Source: Thermococcus sp. SY098
GTDB taxonomy: Archaea; Methanobacteriota_B; Thermococci; Thermococcales; Thermococcaceae
Reading direction: 5' to 3'
DNA: 32,000 nucleotides
Assembly (NCBI RefSeq): GCF_035621495.1
Contig: NZ_CP141821.1
Coordinates: 368,760 to 400,759 of the forward strand
Below the pieces are notes generated by a model. The model saw only the letters and a list, made by a program, of their open reading frames with translations, did not search any database and had not been told where the DNA came from. The translations under genes and the position numbers were made by a program. Positions 1-9,600 of the stretch are shown piece by piece. The first letter of the stretch is position 1; each line of letters starts with the position of its first letter.

Positions 1-450
1 CTCTCCGGAGTACATGAAAACTCTTGCAATTCCTATTGCTCCTATTGCATCAAGCTTATCTGCATCACTGAGAATTTTTGCTTCAAGAGTTTGAGGTTCT
101 GGTGGTTTTGAAAAGCGATGAGCCTCAATCGCATGAGCAACCTGGTCAGTCTTTTCATATCCCAGACCTTTAAGAAAACGTCTTGCAATCTTTGCCCCCT
201 CTTTAGCATGGTCTTCAATCTTTCCTTTGCTTTCAAGAGGCCTTGCGATATCATGTAAAAGAGCAGCCAAAGCCAAAACCTCTAAATCTGCACCCTCTTT
301 TTTTCCGATGTGCATGCAAAGTGCGAGAACCCTCTCCGTGTGCGAAAACCCGTGTGTGCCCTCTCTTTCAAAAAAGTTTTTGGCAAATTCCTCCGCCTTT
401 TTGATTATAGCCAAGCTTTTCTCATCTTTTATGAAGTCTTCGATTCTCAT
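1..450 (-). CDS. HD-domain metal-dependent phosphohydrolase (C-terminus lies beyond window start)
   Basis: Absent from ORF track (no stop inside window). Hand translation from ATG at 450-448: MRIEDFIKDEKSLAIIKKAEEFAKNFFEREGTHGFSHTERVLALCMHIGKKEGADLEVLALAALLHDIARPLESKGKIEDHAKEGAKIARRFL... The H / HD / H / D spacing is typical of the HD superfamily. Frame stays open to position 1. Confidence 0.8.
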   Translation of the reverse strand, partial: MRIEDFIKDEKSLAIIKKAEEFAKNFFEREGTHGFSHTERVLALCMHIGKKEGADLEVLALAALLHDIARPLESKGKIEDHAKEGAKIARRFLKGLGYEKTDQVAHAIEAHRFSKPPEPQTLEAKILSDADKLDAIGAIGIARVFMYSGE

Positions 451-472
451 TCCAACCACCTTACCTTTCTGA

Positions 473-1288
473 CTAAAGCTGGTAATTCACTGTTTCCTTT
501 AAAAGCTCAACGATCTTTTCATGGATGTCAACACTTATCCCATCAACGCTCATAACAGGTTTCTTGATTATTCCATCAATTAATCCAGCGGAGATTATAA
601 CTTCCAAGTTCTTTCGTTCATCCCAATCTTCCAAAAGGTTCTCCCCAACCTCAAGTGAAACCTGAGCGACCAGCCCATAAGCTCCCCAATTGGAAACTGC
701 AGACACTATGAGCTCATCGGTATCAACTATGGATGCGATTTTCCCTCCAAGAGGGATGTATTTTTTAATGAGATGCTTAATCTTTCCCATGCCTATTTCG
801 TTACCACCATCGCCAATTCCTATGGTTGGTATCCCTAATTTTTTGGCTTCTAAGAATATTTCATCAAAAAGGGTAGTGGTCTTTACTTCAAGCCCGCTCA
901 TAGAGTAATACTTTCCATCTTTTGCCCTTCCAACAGTTTCAACGCTTATCAGAAGGGAATACTCCGATACATCTGGCTGCTTCACAAAAGTAACGCCAAA
1001 AGGTTTTAGAGCCTTTCTCACCTGCTCATGTGCCCAGATCTCAGCTTTTCCACCTACTTTTTCAACAGTTTTGTAAAGTGCCAAAGCTCCCAATGGTCCA
1101 TCAGTTTCACAGATGTTCATGGGAGGGATGGGAAAGCTTGAGACAACTAAGACTTTCTCCGAATTATTTATGAGCAATTTTGCAGCATTTTTTAAGAAAT
1201 TGAAATTTCTGAGACGGTATTCCAGGTAAACCTTCAGAATTCCTCTGCCATAGATATCAGTATTTATGATGTGAGCTATCATTTTCAT
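473..1288 (-). CDS. DUF4392-type protein (family of the D-glutamate cyclase C-terminal domain)
   Basis: 271-aa ORF. Blocks FPIPPMNICETDGPLGALAL and IGIGDGGNEIGMG match my memory of DUF4392. Its ATG overlaps the stop of the upstream 59-aa ORF (ATGA). Confidence 0.5.
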   Translation of the reverse strand: MKMIAHIINTDIYGRGILKVYLEYRLRNFNFLKNAAKLLINNSEKVLVVSSFPIPPMNICETDGPLGALALYKTVEKVGGKAEIWAHEQVRKALKPFGVTFVKQPDVSEYSLLISVETVGRAKDGKYYSMSGLEVKTTTLFDEIFLEAKKLGIPTIGIGDGGNEIGMGKIKHLIKKYIPLGGKIASIVDTDELIVSAVSNWGAYGLVAQVSLEVGENLLEDWDERKNLEVIISAGLIDGIIKKPVMSVDGISVDIHEKIVELLKETVNYQL

Positions 1289-1464
1289 TCCTCTATCTCA
1301 TATACTACAACCTTAACTCTCTTACCCTTAAGGACCTCTTTCAGTTCCCACCAAAGTTTTGTTGGGGATTCCTGAGTGTGGATCAGCATATCACCATTTT
1401 CAAGTTTAACTATCTTTTCCTTATACTCAACAAAAACTCCCTCCTTGCTAAATATCTCTTTCAT
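1285..1464 (-). CDS. unannotated 59-aa protein, translationally coupled on both sides
   Basis: Hand translation: MKEIFSKEGVFVEYKEKIVKLENGDMLIHTQESPTKLWWELKEVLKGKRVKVVVYEIEE*. One residue below the track cut-off. ATGA overlap with the HAD stop (1461-1464) and ATGA overlap with the DUF4392 start (1285-1288). G-run (GGGGGG) 6 nt upstream of the ATG. Confidence 0.6.
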   Translation of the reverse strand: MKEIFSKEGVFVEYKEKIVKLENGDMLIHTQESPTKLWWELKEVLKGKRVKVVVYEIEE

Positions 1465-2105
1465 TTTAAACCCCCCAAGATTTTTCTCAACTCATGAAGG
1501 GTTCTAATTTCGTAATCAGCGAAGTTGTACCCTTTTTCATTATTTCTATTGATCCAAACAGCGATCATTCCAACATTTTTTGCACCGTATACATCCTGCT
1601 GCAAGCTGTCACCAATCATTATTGCCTCTTTTGGCTCAACTTTAAGCTTTTCCAATGCGTATATAAATATCTTTGGATCTGGCTTTATTGTGTTTACATC
1701 TTCTCTGGTGACAATTACGTCAAAATAATTGTCGAGTTTCGCTATTCTGAGTTTTAGTTTTTGATAAGTTGGTCCGCTTGTAACGACTCCAAGTTTGTAT
1801 CCCTCTGACTTTAACCACTCCAAAGTTGGCTTCACATCAGGAAACACATGGATTTTATGAGGATACGCAGTTAGAAGCTCCTCATACCTTAGATCTAAGT
1901 TGAAAAGCCTGAAAAAGAAGTTCCAGTCATGCCATTCGTAAGTATTCCTCCGACTCAGTATCTCCTCAAGAAACTTAGCCCTTGCCTCCTCCTTTCTAAT
2001 CTGAAGTCTCCTTGAAATCTCTTCATATACCTGAGGAAGAAAAAGCATCATTAATGGTTTTTCTGTCAAAAGTGTCTCATCTACATCAAACAGAATTGCT
2101 TCCAT
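1461..2105 (-). CDS. HAD-superfamily hydrolase/phosphatase (subfamily IA-like)
   Basis: 214 aa. N-terminal nucleophile motif FDVDETL (DxDxT), VVTSG (motif II-like), and K...GDSLQQD near the C-terminus (motifs III/IV). Confidence 0.8.
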   Translation of the reverse strand: MEAILFDVDETLLTEKPLMMLFLPQVYEEISRRLQIRKEEARAKFLEEILSRRNTYEWHDWNFFFRLFNLDLRYEELLTAYPHKIHVFPDVKPTLEWLKSEGYKLGVVTSGPTYQKLKLRIAKLDNYFDVIVTREDVNTIKPDPKIFIYALEKLKVEPKEAIMIGDSLQQDVYGAKNVGMIAVWINRNNEKGYNFADYEIRTLHELRKILGGLK

Positions 2106-2868
2106 TTGACCACCTCTTGATTAAAAGTGCTAGAATCTCGATTTCATTATCAAGTTCCTTGTTCATTCTAACTCCCCAGATTATGTCCTTTTCCCTTAGA
2201 AGATGCTGAAACTTTTCCAAAATCTCGTGGGCATTCTTTAGAGGCACGTTCTTACCTACCATTATGCTGATCAACCCCCTGTCCCATATTCCCCAGTTCC
2301 ATTCAAAGTTAACATCCCTTAGGATTCGCAGTATGCCTACGTTGCCTCCTTTAATCATGTTAAATAAGTCAGCGTAGTCAATGTTGACGAGCATTTGGTT
2401 TTCAAGGTAATAGTAAAGCTTTGAAAACATGAGTCCAATTTGTTTGCTTGCCGCATTAAATGCATCCTCTAAGGGTATTGCCGTGTATGCACTTAAAAAC
2501 TCTGAAAGTGAATCATAAAACACGGTTTCAAAACTATGAGCCCATTCTGGTTTCTCCTCATGGACGAGTTCCTTATAGGGGGAGAGCACATAAGCTAAAC
2601 GAATCACATTCTTCGTAAGAGCATCGTTGATGAGCCTTACAATCTCGACGTTAATCGGCTTGTCCTCAAAAATAATCCAGATTATTGTATCATCACTTAG
2701 GCTTCCAAAAAAGCTTTTAATTTGCTTTACAAAAGAATGTCTCTTTTTATCAAAGAGATAATAGGAGGAATCCAGAGGTACTTTGACAGCATTAGGTATG
2801 TCAATATTCCTCACAATCCTTATTCCGCTGTTTCCAATTCCAACAAAAATATAAGTGAAGGAAATCAT
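2086..2868 (-). CDS. degenerate FtsZ/tubulin-like protein lacking the GTP-binding signature
   Basis: 260 aa, colinear with FtsZ by eye. FVGIGNSGIRIV matches the first glycine loop. NIDYADLFNMIKGGNVGIL matches the T7 loop NxDxxD plus the following GG segment. LISIMVGKNVPLKNAHEI and IIWGVRMNKELDNEIEILALLI match C-terminal domain strands. The position of the GGGTGTG signature reads IIFEDKPIN. Starts 8 nt after the Hps-Phi stop and overlaps the HAD start by 20 nt. Confidence 0.55.
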   Translation of the reverse strand: MISFTYIFVGIGNSGIRIVRNIDIPNAVKVPLDSSYYLFDKKRHSFVKQIKSFFGSLSDDTIIWIIFEDKPINVEIVRLINDALTKNVIRLAYVLSPYKELVHEEKPEWAHSFETVFYDSLSEFLSAYTAIPLEDAFNAASKQIGLMFSKLYYYLENQMLVNIDYADLFNMIKGGNVGILRILRDVNFEWNWGIWDRGLISIMVGKNVPLKNAHEILEKFQHLLREKDIIWGVRMNKELDNEIEILALLIKRWSNGSNSV

Positions 2869-2876
2869 GGTGACCC

Positions 2877-4097
2877 CTATTCTAAGGTCGCATGCTTTTT
2901 CTTCATATCCTTTTCGGTCTTCTGGAATGTTGCCATTAAGAGTGCAATTATCCCATCCAGAAAGACCATTGTAGAGTCCTCAAAAAGCGTTCCCATCGGA
3001 GCTATCCATTTGTACTGAGTCAGCATCTGTCTTGCTATGTAATCAGTCGGAACATCAGTTTTTGCTCTTCCTGGAATTTCAACCACGACATCAGCCAACT
3101 TCCCAAGTGTTGAGTTCTTGTATGAGGTTATGGCAACGACTTTTCCTCCCTGCTTCTTTGCGATTTCAGCTGCGTCAACTATTGTCCTCGTTTCCCCACT
3201 CCCACTGATGGCTATTAGCAAATCACCTTCTTCAAATGCGGGGGTTATTGTTTCTCCAACCACATAAACATTGAAATCAAGATGCATTAACCTCATGGCA
3301 AAAGCTTTACCAACCAGTCCACTCCTTCCTGCCCCGTAAATGAAAATTTTGTTAGCCCCAATCATTGCATCTACCATTCCCCTTACCTCTTCCAATCTAA
3401 GTGCATCAGCGACATGATCAATATGTTCAGTTATATCATGCATTGCCTTTCTGATTGTCTGCATGTACTCGCCCCAAAAGAGATCAATTATCCTCCTTGT
3501 AACTTCTTCTGGATTCTCCGACTTGGTTATTGCTCCACCGACGATAATTATGGTGGCACCAAGTTCAATGACTTTAGGAATAGTCTCTAAGTTCAATCCT
3601 CCTGCAACAGCAACTGGGATCTTGACGGCTTTAACAACTTTTTCCAAATCTTCAAGCGGGCTCTTTCCTTGTGCTTGCTCGTCTATCCCTGTATGAACAA
3701 GAATATAATGAACTCCCATCTTTTCAAGTTCTTTGGCCCTTTTGACCTTATCTTTAACTCCAATTAGATCAACCATGACCTTTATTCCATATTTTCTTGC
3801 TACCATAAGAGCATCTTTTATTGTTTTATTGTCAGCAACTCCCAAAATAGAAACTACATCTGCTCCATGCCTCGCTGCCATTTCAACTTCTAATGCTCCA
3901 GTGTCCATAGTTTTTAGGTCAGCAACTATTTTTCTATCAGGAAAACGTCTTTTCATCAGCTCAACTGCTCTCATTCCTTCTTTTTTAATAAGAGGTGTTC
4001 CAACCTCGAGCCAATGAGCACCGCCGCGAGCAGCTTTCTCTGCTATAGAAATGGCCTGCTCAATATCAGTTAAGTCTAAAGCAACCTGGAGAATCAT
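2877..4097 (-). CDS. hps-phi: bifunctional 3-hexulose-6-phosphate synthase / 6-phospho-3-hexuloisomerase (Hps-Phi fusion)
   Basis: N-terminal half is OMP-decarboxylase-like Hps (ILQVALDL, DLKTMD, HTGIDEQ). C-terminal half is a SIS-domain Phi (IFIYGAGRSGLVGKAFAMRL, ISGSGET). Fusion is as known in Pyrococcus/Thermococcus. Track ORF extends to 4184, but ATG at 4097 (MILQVALDL) has GGGGGAG 7 nt upstream and gives 406 aa, the size I recall for the Thermococcales fusion. Confidence 0.9.
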   Translation of the reverse strand: MILQVALDLTDIEQAISIAEKAARGGAHWLEVGTPLIKKEGMRAVELMKRRFPDRKIVADLKTMDTGALEVEMAARHGADVVSILGVADNKTIKDALMVARKYGIKVMVDLIGVKDKVKRAKELEKMGVHYILVHTGIDEQAQGKSPLEDLEKVVKAVKIPVAVAGGLNLETIPKVIELGATIIIVGGAITKSENPEEVTRRIIDLFWGEYMQTIRKAMHDITEHIDHVADALRLEEVRGMVDAMIGANKIFIYGAGRSGLVGKAFAMRLMHLDFNVYVVGETITPAFEEGDLLIAISGSGETRTIVDAAEIAKKQGGKVVAITSYKNSTLGKLADVVVEIPGRAKTDVPTDYIARQMLTQYKWIAPMGTLFEDSTMVFLDGIIALLMATFQKTEKDMKKKHATLE

Positions 4098-4198
4098 CTT
4101 GAACTCCCCCGAATATTTTCTTAGAGCTTCCACCTTAACATCAATTGCACACTTTTTAACTTTAACTCTCAAAATTTTTGACAAGAATTTGCAAACAT

Positions 4199-4226
4199 AA
4201 TTAAATAATTATTTGATTATTTAATT
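4199..4226. promoter_or_regulatory. perfect 11-bp inverted repeat in divergent promoter region
   Basis: AATTAAATAAT (4199-4209), TATTTG, ATTATTTAATT (4216-4226). Lies between the hps-phi operon (minus) and the arginase-like operon (plus). The AT-only composition weakens its significance. Confidence 0.3.
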
Positions 4227-4300
4227 GTGTGTCAAGTGAGAACAGACAACAGTGGACTAAGTTTAAAAAGAGTTCACTGAATTAAATCTTGGGAATTACG

Positions 4301-5029
4301 ATGGTTACATTTATTCCGTTTGGAGAAAAACCAAACAGAGAGGGCGTCATGTATGTTCTCAATTTTCTTCAAAAAAACAAGCTTATTGAGGATTACATGG
4401 TTGTTGAATCGAATACCATTGAACTGCTTTCTGAGAGATTGCCCGTGGATGAGGCATACATAATCGGTGATCATCTTGCAACGTATGGAATACTTCAAAA
4501 GCTAAAGCCAAAGGCAGTTATAAGCATAGATGCTCACACTGACTTAATGCATGATTATCTGGATCATGGTTCTTGGCTCGCTTATGCTCTTTCCGAGAGA
4601 ATAATTGAAAAGGCATCAATTATTGGCCCTGTTCTGATGATACCTACCACAGAAGGGACCGAACTGTGGACAAGACGGGTTAAGATATTCCCCGCCCTAC
4701 CCAGAAGCAGAAAAACAAGAGGTAGATGGAAAGCTTACAAGAGCTTGAAGAATCATCCGATAGATGAGATAATAAAAGATACTAAAAAGTACCTCGGAGA
4801 AGAAATATATCTTACCATTGATTTGGATGTTCTCCTACCTGAGTACAAAATTGCCCGATTTCAGCATGGTGAACTTACGTTGGAGGAACTTCTCAACATC
4901 CTTGAAGAAATTAAGAGGAACTTTAACATCATGGCATTTGATATAGCGGAGATTTCAGATAAGATAAAACGTTCCCGTTTAGGAAAAAAGGCCTTAGCTG
5001 ATGTATTTCAACTGTTAAGCGGTGAGTAA
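4301..5029 (+). CDS. arginase/agmatinase/ureohydrolase-family protein
   Basis: Motifs IGDHLATYG, SIDAHTDL and TIDLDVL resemble the Mn-binding GGDH / DAHxD / DxDxxD blocks of the arginase fold. Track start 4289 is TTG, and the first ATG is at 4301. TTTAAAAA at 4262-4269 is a plausible TATA, giving a short or no leader. Confidence 0.55.
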   Translation: MVTFIPFGEKPNREGVMYVLNFLQKNKLIEDYMVVESNTIELLSERLPVDEAYIIGDHLATYGILQKLKPKAVISIDAHTDLMHDYLDHGSWLAYALSERIIEKASIIGPVLMIPTTEGTELWTRRVKIFPALPRSRKTRGRWKAYKSLKNHPIDEIIKDTKKYLGEEIYLTIDLDVLLPEYKIARFQHGELTLEELLNILEEIKRNFNIMAFDIAEISDKIKRSRLGKKALADVFQLLSGE

Positions 5030-5031
5030 CA

Positions 5032-5352
5032 ATGGCACTAAGCGATGAAGAGATAAGAAAAATAATAACCCCTCTCCTACTTTCAGGGGCAAAGATGCTC
5101 GACAAGCATTGCCCCAAGTGCGGCTCCCCCCTCTTTGAATTAAATGGAAGGGTCTTTTGTCCTGTGTGTGAGCATCGAAAAAAACAAAGAAAAGCAGAGC
5201 TGAAGGGTATTGAAGAGATACTAATGGAGAAGCTAAAGGTATTGGCAAACGATTTACCTGATGATATTGAGAAACTCGAAAAGCACCTAAGGGTCATGGA
5301 AAAGATAATTGAAATCTTGGAGAGATACAAAAAACTGGAGGGAGAAGAATGA
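5032..5352 (+). CDS. zinc-ribbon protein of the autoantigen-p27 / UPF0148 type
   Basis: 106 aa. CPKCGSPLFELNGRVFCPVC zinc ribbon followed by a charged coiled-coil tail. Starts 2 nt after the upstream stop. Confidence 0.6.
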   Translation: MALSDEEIRKIITPLLLSGAKMLDKHCPKCGSPLFELNGRVFCPVCEHRKKQRKAELKGIEEILMEKLKVLANDLPDDIEKLEKHLRVMEKIIEILERYKKLEGEE

Positions 5353-5561
5353 AACATTTAAAGGTTTTAAACATTCTTAAAGGAAAAGAGCTAACAGCTG
5401 AAGAAATTTCAAGAGAAGTTAGGATTTCTCATCCTGAAGTCAGAAGGATATTGCTTAGATTGGCAGAACAGGGGAAAGTGGAAAGCTTTCAGAAAGAGGG
5501 CAAAATACTCTGGAGGCTCAAGCAAAGAACCCGCGAAGAAGAGGAATTCAAATATGTATAA
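5349..5561 (+). CDS. small winged-helix DNA-binding protein
   Basis: 70 aa. LTAEEISREVRISHPEVRRILLRLAEQGKVE is an HTH-plus-wing pattern. ATGA overlap with the upstream gene. Confidence 0.45.
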   Translation: MKHLKVLNILKGKELTAEEISREVRISHPEVRRILLRLAEQGKVESFQKEGKILWRLKQRTREEEEFKYV

Positions 5562-5574
5562 AAGAAAAAAGGAG

Positions 5575-6369
5575 TTAAACTTTTGTTGCCTTCTCCCAGT
5601 ATTCATTGAACTTTCCTTTAAAGAGGCTAACAACTCTAAAGTCCTTAATCCAGACTTGGGTCTCATAGTTGAAGTACCTGGCAGCCATGTCTTCAAGTGC
5701 AAAGAACACTTCCTCATCACAGATCAGCATTGGCAGTTCAAGAGTGTCAATAACCTTAAGTTCGAACTTTCCATTTTTGTAGTAGTCCATGAGCTTTGAT
5801 GCCTGCAGTCTTGGGAGTATTTGCTTGGTAACAACAATTTTAACGGTAATACCTTTTTCGATAGCTTTAATGATGTCGTCTTCAAGGTTTATTGCAACGT
5901 ATCCATCGTCTGCAAGAAGTATCTCCTTCTGGACGCCCTCAAGCATTTCTTTTGTCTTGAGTGTTGAGTTTCTGATTCCCCTGACAACCCAAACCCTTTC
6001 AACACCGTACTTTGGAATCTCTGTCTCTATCAATGGTGTCATGAGTTCAAGTAGCTCCTCCTTGGCCTTCCTCTTTGCCTCAAGCTCTTCTTTAACTCTC
6101 TCCTGCCACTCCTCAATGAATTTCTCAAGTATGTTTTTCGGGTGAACCGGTCTGTACTTGTTGACTTTGCCAGGTTGGCTGATGGCAAAGCCCTTCTTCT
6201 CCAAGCTCCTCAACACATCGTAAGTTCTTGGTGCTGGGACTTCAGAAACGCTGGCCAACTCCGCTGGAGTAAGAACTCCAAATGCGACCAAGGCAACATA
6301 TGCCCTTGCTTCGTATAAGTTCAATTCAAAATGTTCTTGTAAAAGTTCTACCATTCTGTCTTTTGCCAT
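5575..6369 (-). CDS. trmBL2: TrmB-family chromatin protein / global regulator TrmBL2
   Basis: MAKDRMVELLQEHFELNLYEARAYVALVAFGVLTPAELASVSEVPAPRTYDVLRSLEKKGF... is near-identical to my memory of Thermococcus/Pyrococcus TrmBL2. ATG at 6369 with GGTGGT upstream gives 264 aa (track start 6432 is an extension). Adjacent to reverse gyrase, as I recall in T. kodakarensis. Confidence 0.88.
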   Translation of the reverse strand: MAKDRMVELLQEHFELNLYEARAYVALVAFGVLTPAELASVSEVPAPRTYDVLRSLEKKGFAISQPGKVNKYRPVHPKNILEKFIEEWQERVKEELEAKRKAKEELLELMTPLIETEIPKYGVERVWVVRGIRNSTLKTKEMLEGVQKEILLADDGYVAINLEDDIIKAIEKGITVKIVVTKQILPRLQASKLMDYYKNGKFELKVIDTLELPMLICDEEVFFALEDMAARYFNYETQVWIKDFRVVSLFKGKFNEYWEKATKV

Positions 6370-6620
6370 TTTTACCACCATCATGGTTCTGTTAAAATAT
6401 ATGTGAGCCAAAGGTATATAACTTTTTTCCAACTCAATTAGTTTTACATCTTATTTAAACTTCTGATTTTAACATAACTTCATCTGATTTTATCAATGTT
6501 GCATGCATATACAAAACCTTTACTCAGTTATAATTTTAAATCTTTTGGTTCAGGCAACAATATTGATCAAATGTAACAATGTATTACTAAACAAATAGAT
6601 AACAAGGGAAAGAACAGACA

Positions 6621-9600
6621 TCACTTTAAGATGTACTGTTTAATTTCCTCATACATATTGTTGAGAACTTCCTGATAATCTGCTTTGTTTTCCTCTACCA
6701 AGTCCATAAGCTCTTCAAGCTGTCTCGTCCTTTCTTCACTTACAAGCTCTTTGTATTTACTTATGAGATAGTGATAGACTTTAGTTCCAAGTTCTGTTGG
6801 GACTAACTTCTTCCTTCCTTTTGTCTCAATGACATAGTGTCTGTCCAAGAGTGTCTTAACGATCTTTGCATAGGTAGATGGCCTTCCAATCTTACGCTCT
6901 TTCATAAGGGCAATCAAATCGCCCTGAGTGTAAAGGGAAACTTTTGGTGCTCTCCATTTCTTAACTTCAATGACTTTGAGTTTCTGTCCTTTTTCAAGCT
7001 TTGGCAGCTGTCTTAATGGGGGTGCCCTTAATTTAGTCCAGCCATCAAAGATCACTTCAATATATCCCTCAATCTCAGTCTTGGCAACTCTTGCATCGAT
7101 CACAGCTTTCTCATAGAGAACTTTCGCAGGTTTCATCTGCGATGCCATGAACCGCTTAAATATCATGTCATAAAGCCTGAAGTGATCTCTTGTAAGTCCC
7201 CTTGCAAGGGTAATGACACCATCTCTCAGCAGTTGCATCAGTCTTCCGGTGTCAATTGGTCTTGTGGGTCTTATACACTCGTGTGCTCCCTCTTCACCCC
7301 ACTTTCTTGGAGCGAAGTATTCTTCCCCAATTTCTTCGCTAATGTATTCCTTTGCAACTTCAATACCCGTATTGCTAACGTGAGTTGAATCAGTTCTGTG
7401 ATAAGTAATAAGACCAAGCTCGAAAAGATCCTGAGCCAATTGCATTGTATGAGGAGCAGAAAATCCTAAAAATCTTGAAGCATCTTGAAGCATTGTATCT
7501 GTGGTATACGGTGGGAATGGGTTGATCTCCTTCTCTTCAATTTTGACATCCTCAACGATTATTTCGTTGACTTCCTCTTTAACGCCTTCAAGGGTTACGC
7601 TTAAGCCGTTCTCCAAAGTCAGCGCCATGAAATCTGTCTCGCTCTCTACAAATTCCTTGTATCTCTGTATCACCCATCCAAGAACTGGCGTCTGAACCCT
7701 ACCAGCCGATAAGTTTCTGCTCTCAAAGACCTCCCAGAGCTTTTGGCTGAGCTCGAATCCAATCCATCTGTCCTCTATTCTCCTCACTAATTGGGCATTG
7801 ACCCTAAACTCATTAACGTCTCTCGCTTCATTCAATGCTTTCAATATGGCCGGTCTTGTAACTTCGTGGAACTCAATACGCTTGATGTTTGGGGTGTAAG
7901 GACTTAAGACATTCCTGATATCCCATGCAATCTTTTCTCCCTCGACATCTGGGTCAGTCCCTATGAGAATTTCATCAACTTCCTGAGCTATCTCACGCAT
8001 TGCAATTACATTTTCCAGAGCATCCCTAACATTCCTTGAGCCACATCTTGGACAGACTCCTCTCTCCTCCCAGTCAACGAACTGATGACCGCAGTCCCTA
8101 CAGCGTTTTATTGTGTCATAGACTGGTATGAAGTAGAGCTTTCCGTTCCTCTCCTCTATGATGACACCATGGTAACCTTCCGTTGTAACGAGGTCAAACA
8201 TATGTCCGCCGCTTGCCAGAATCGTCAGCATCCTGTCTCCTATGCTTACCTCATATGCAACCAAGTCGCCAATTCTTCTCTTGCTTGGCTGTCCAAAGAA
8301 ATTAGCAATTGTCCTGGCTTTATTGGGTGATTCAACGATCATTAGAGCAGACTTAACTAAATCCTTGGTCTTCTCACTTATCTTTCCAGCAAGAATTAGC
8401 CTAACTTTCTCCCTATCGGCATCGATCTCTCTCAAAAGCTCCTCAAGATTGAGCTCTTCAAACGACTTCATCTCAAACTCAGCAAAGCGCCATCTCATCT
8501 GCCTCTTCAAGCCGTTGAAGACCTTTTCGTTGTCCACTATTATTACGCTCAGGCCCTTTGTAATTCCACCAGCAAAGAGACGTGAAGTCCTTCCGCTTGC
8601 TTGGATATAAGTCCTAACATCGGGAATCTCAATGTACCATTTTCCCTCCTCTTCTTTGAGACTGACGAATGGATCTTCTTCTATGCGCTTGAGCACTTCC
8701 TTCTTCTTCAGAACTCTCCTCAGGAACTCAACTGCCTGTCTGAATACTTCAAGGACATGGCTATGGAATCCTTCCAACGGTAGACCTTCAGCCAATGCCT
8801 CTTCAATTTTCATCAATTCAAACTGTGGAATGTTTCTAATCAAACGCCTCAAGCGAGCATAAAGCCTTTCGCCTTCTCTTCTATCTTCTTCATCAAGGAA
8901 TTCCATGACTTCACTCATCAGTCCTAAAACCCTGTAAATTGTGGGCTGCTCTAAGTCAAGGCTGAACCTGAATTTCGGCACACCTGTAAAGATTGCATAT
9001 CTGATCAAGTATGGCAGATCTAATCCCCTAACTATTGTTCCGTAATAGGTTGCAACACCAACTAAATAGTCAATCTCTTCGTTTTCAAACTTCTCCAAGC
9101 CTTTCTTGTTTCTTGCGGAGACAAGCTCAACCTTGAAACCTCTCTCTTGGAGATATTGTGTAAGCTTCTCAGCGTAACCAATTCCTTGATCAATTGGGAC
9201 AAATATTAGTCCTCCCTTACCGAGTTTTGTCAAAAGTTCTTCAACATGTTCCTCAATTGACTTCTCTGGGAAGAGATAGCTGTCAACAACATTTCTCAAC
9301 GCTGACCTTCCGCTTCCCACTTCGAAGTCCAAAAGCTCACGGTAGAGCTTTATCCTATCTCCCCTTGCGCTTCCAGTTGCTGAAGCTACAATTAATACTC
9401 CAATTTTATTCTCACGCTTGAATTTTCTTATTTCCCTCTCAAGCTTGTTAATCTGCTTGTTGAGTTCCTTCAACTGTTCTTGCTTGTCTGGGCTGTTGCC
9501 ATTAAGGAATTTTGCCATCTGCTTCTTCAGCCTTATAATTTCCCATGCCTTCTGGATTATCTCTTCTGTAAAGCCGAGCAGAATAAGGGAGCGGTCAATG

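Noticed and set aside
4098-4184. 29-codon N-terminal extension of Hps-Phi (MSKILRVKVKKCAIDV...), plus the 74-aa ORF at 4274-4498
   Set aside because: The internal ATG at 4097 has a G-rich SD and restores the expected 406-aa length starting MILQVALDL. The 74-aa ORF lies in the divergent promoter, antisense to the arginase-like start.
4929-5357. 142-aa and 77-aa minus-strand ORFs opposite the arginase-like / Zn-ribbon genes
   Set aside because: They are Ser/Phe-rich low-complexity products opposite a coupled three-gene operon with recognisable motifs.
6463-6492. Direct repeat CTGATTTTA x2 (21-nt period) upstream of trmBL2
   Set aside because: A 9-mer repeat in a very AT-rich spacer could be chance, and there is no known motif match.
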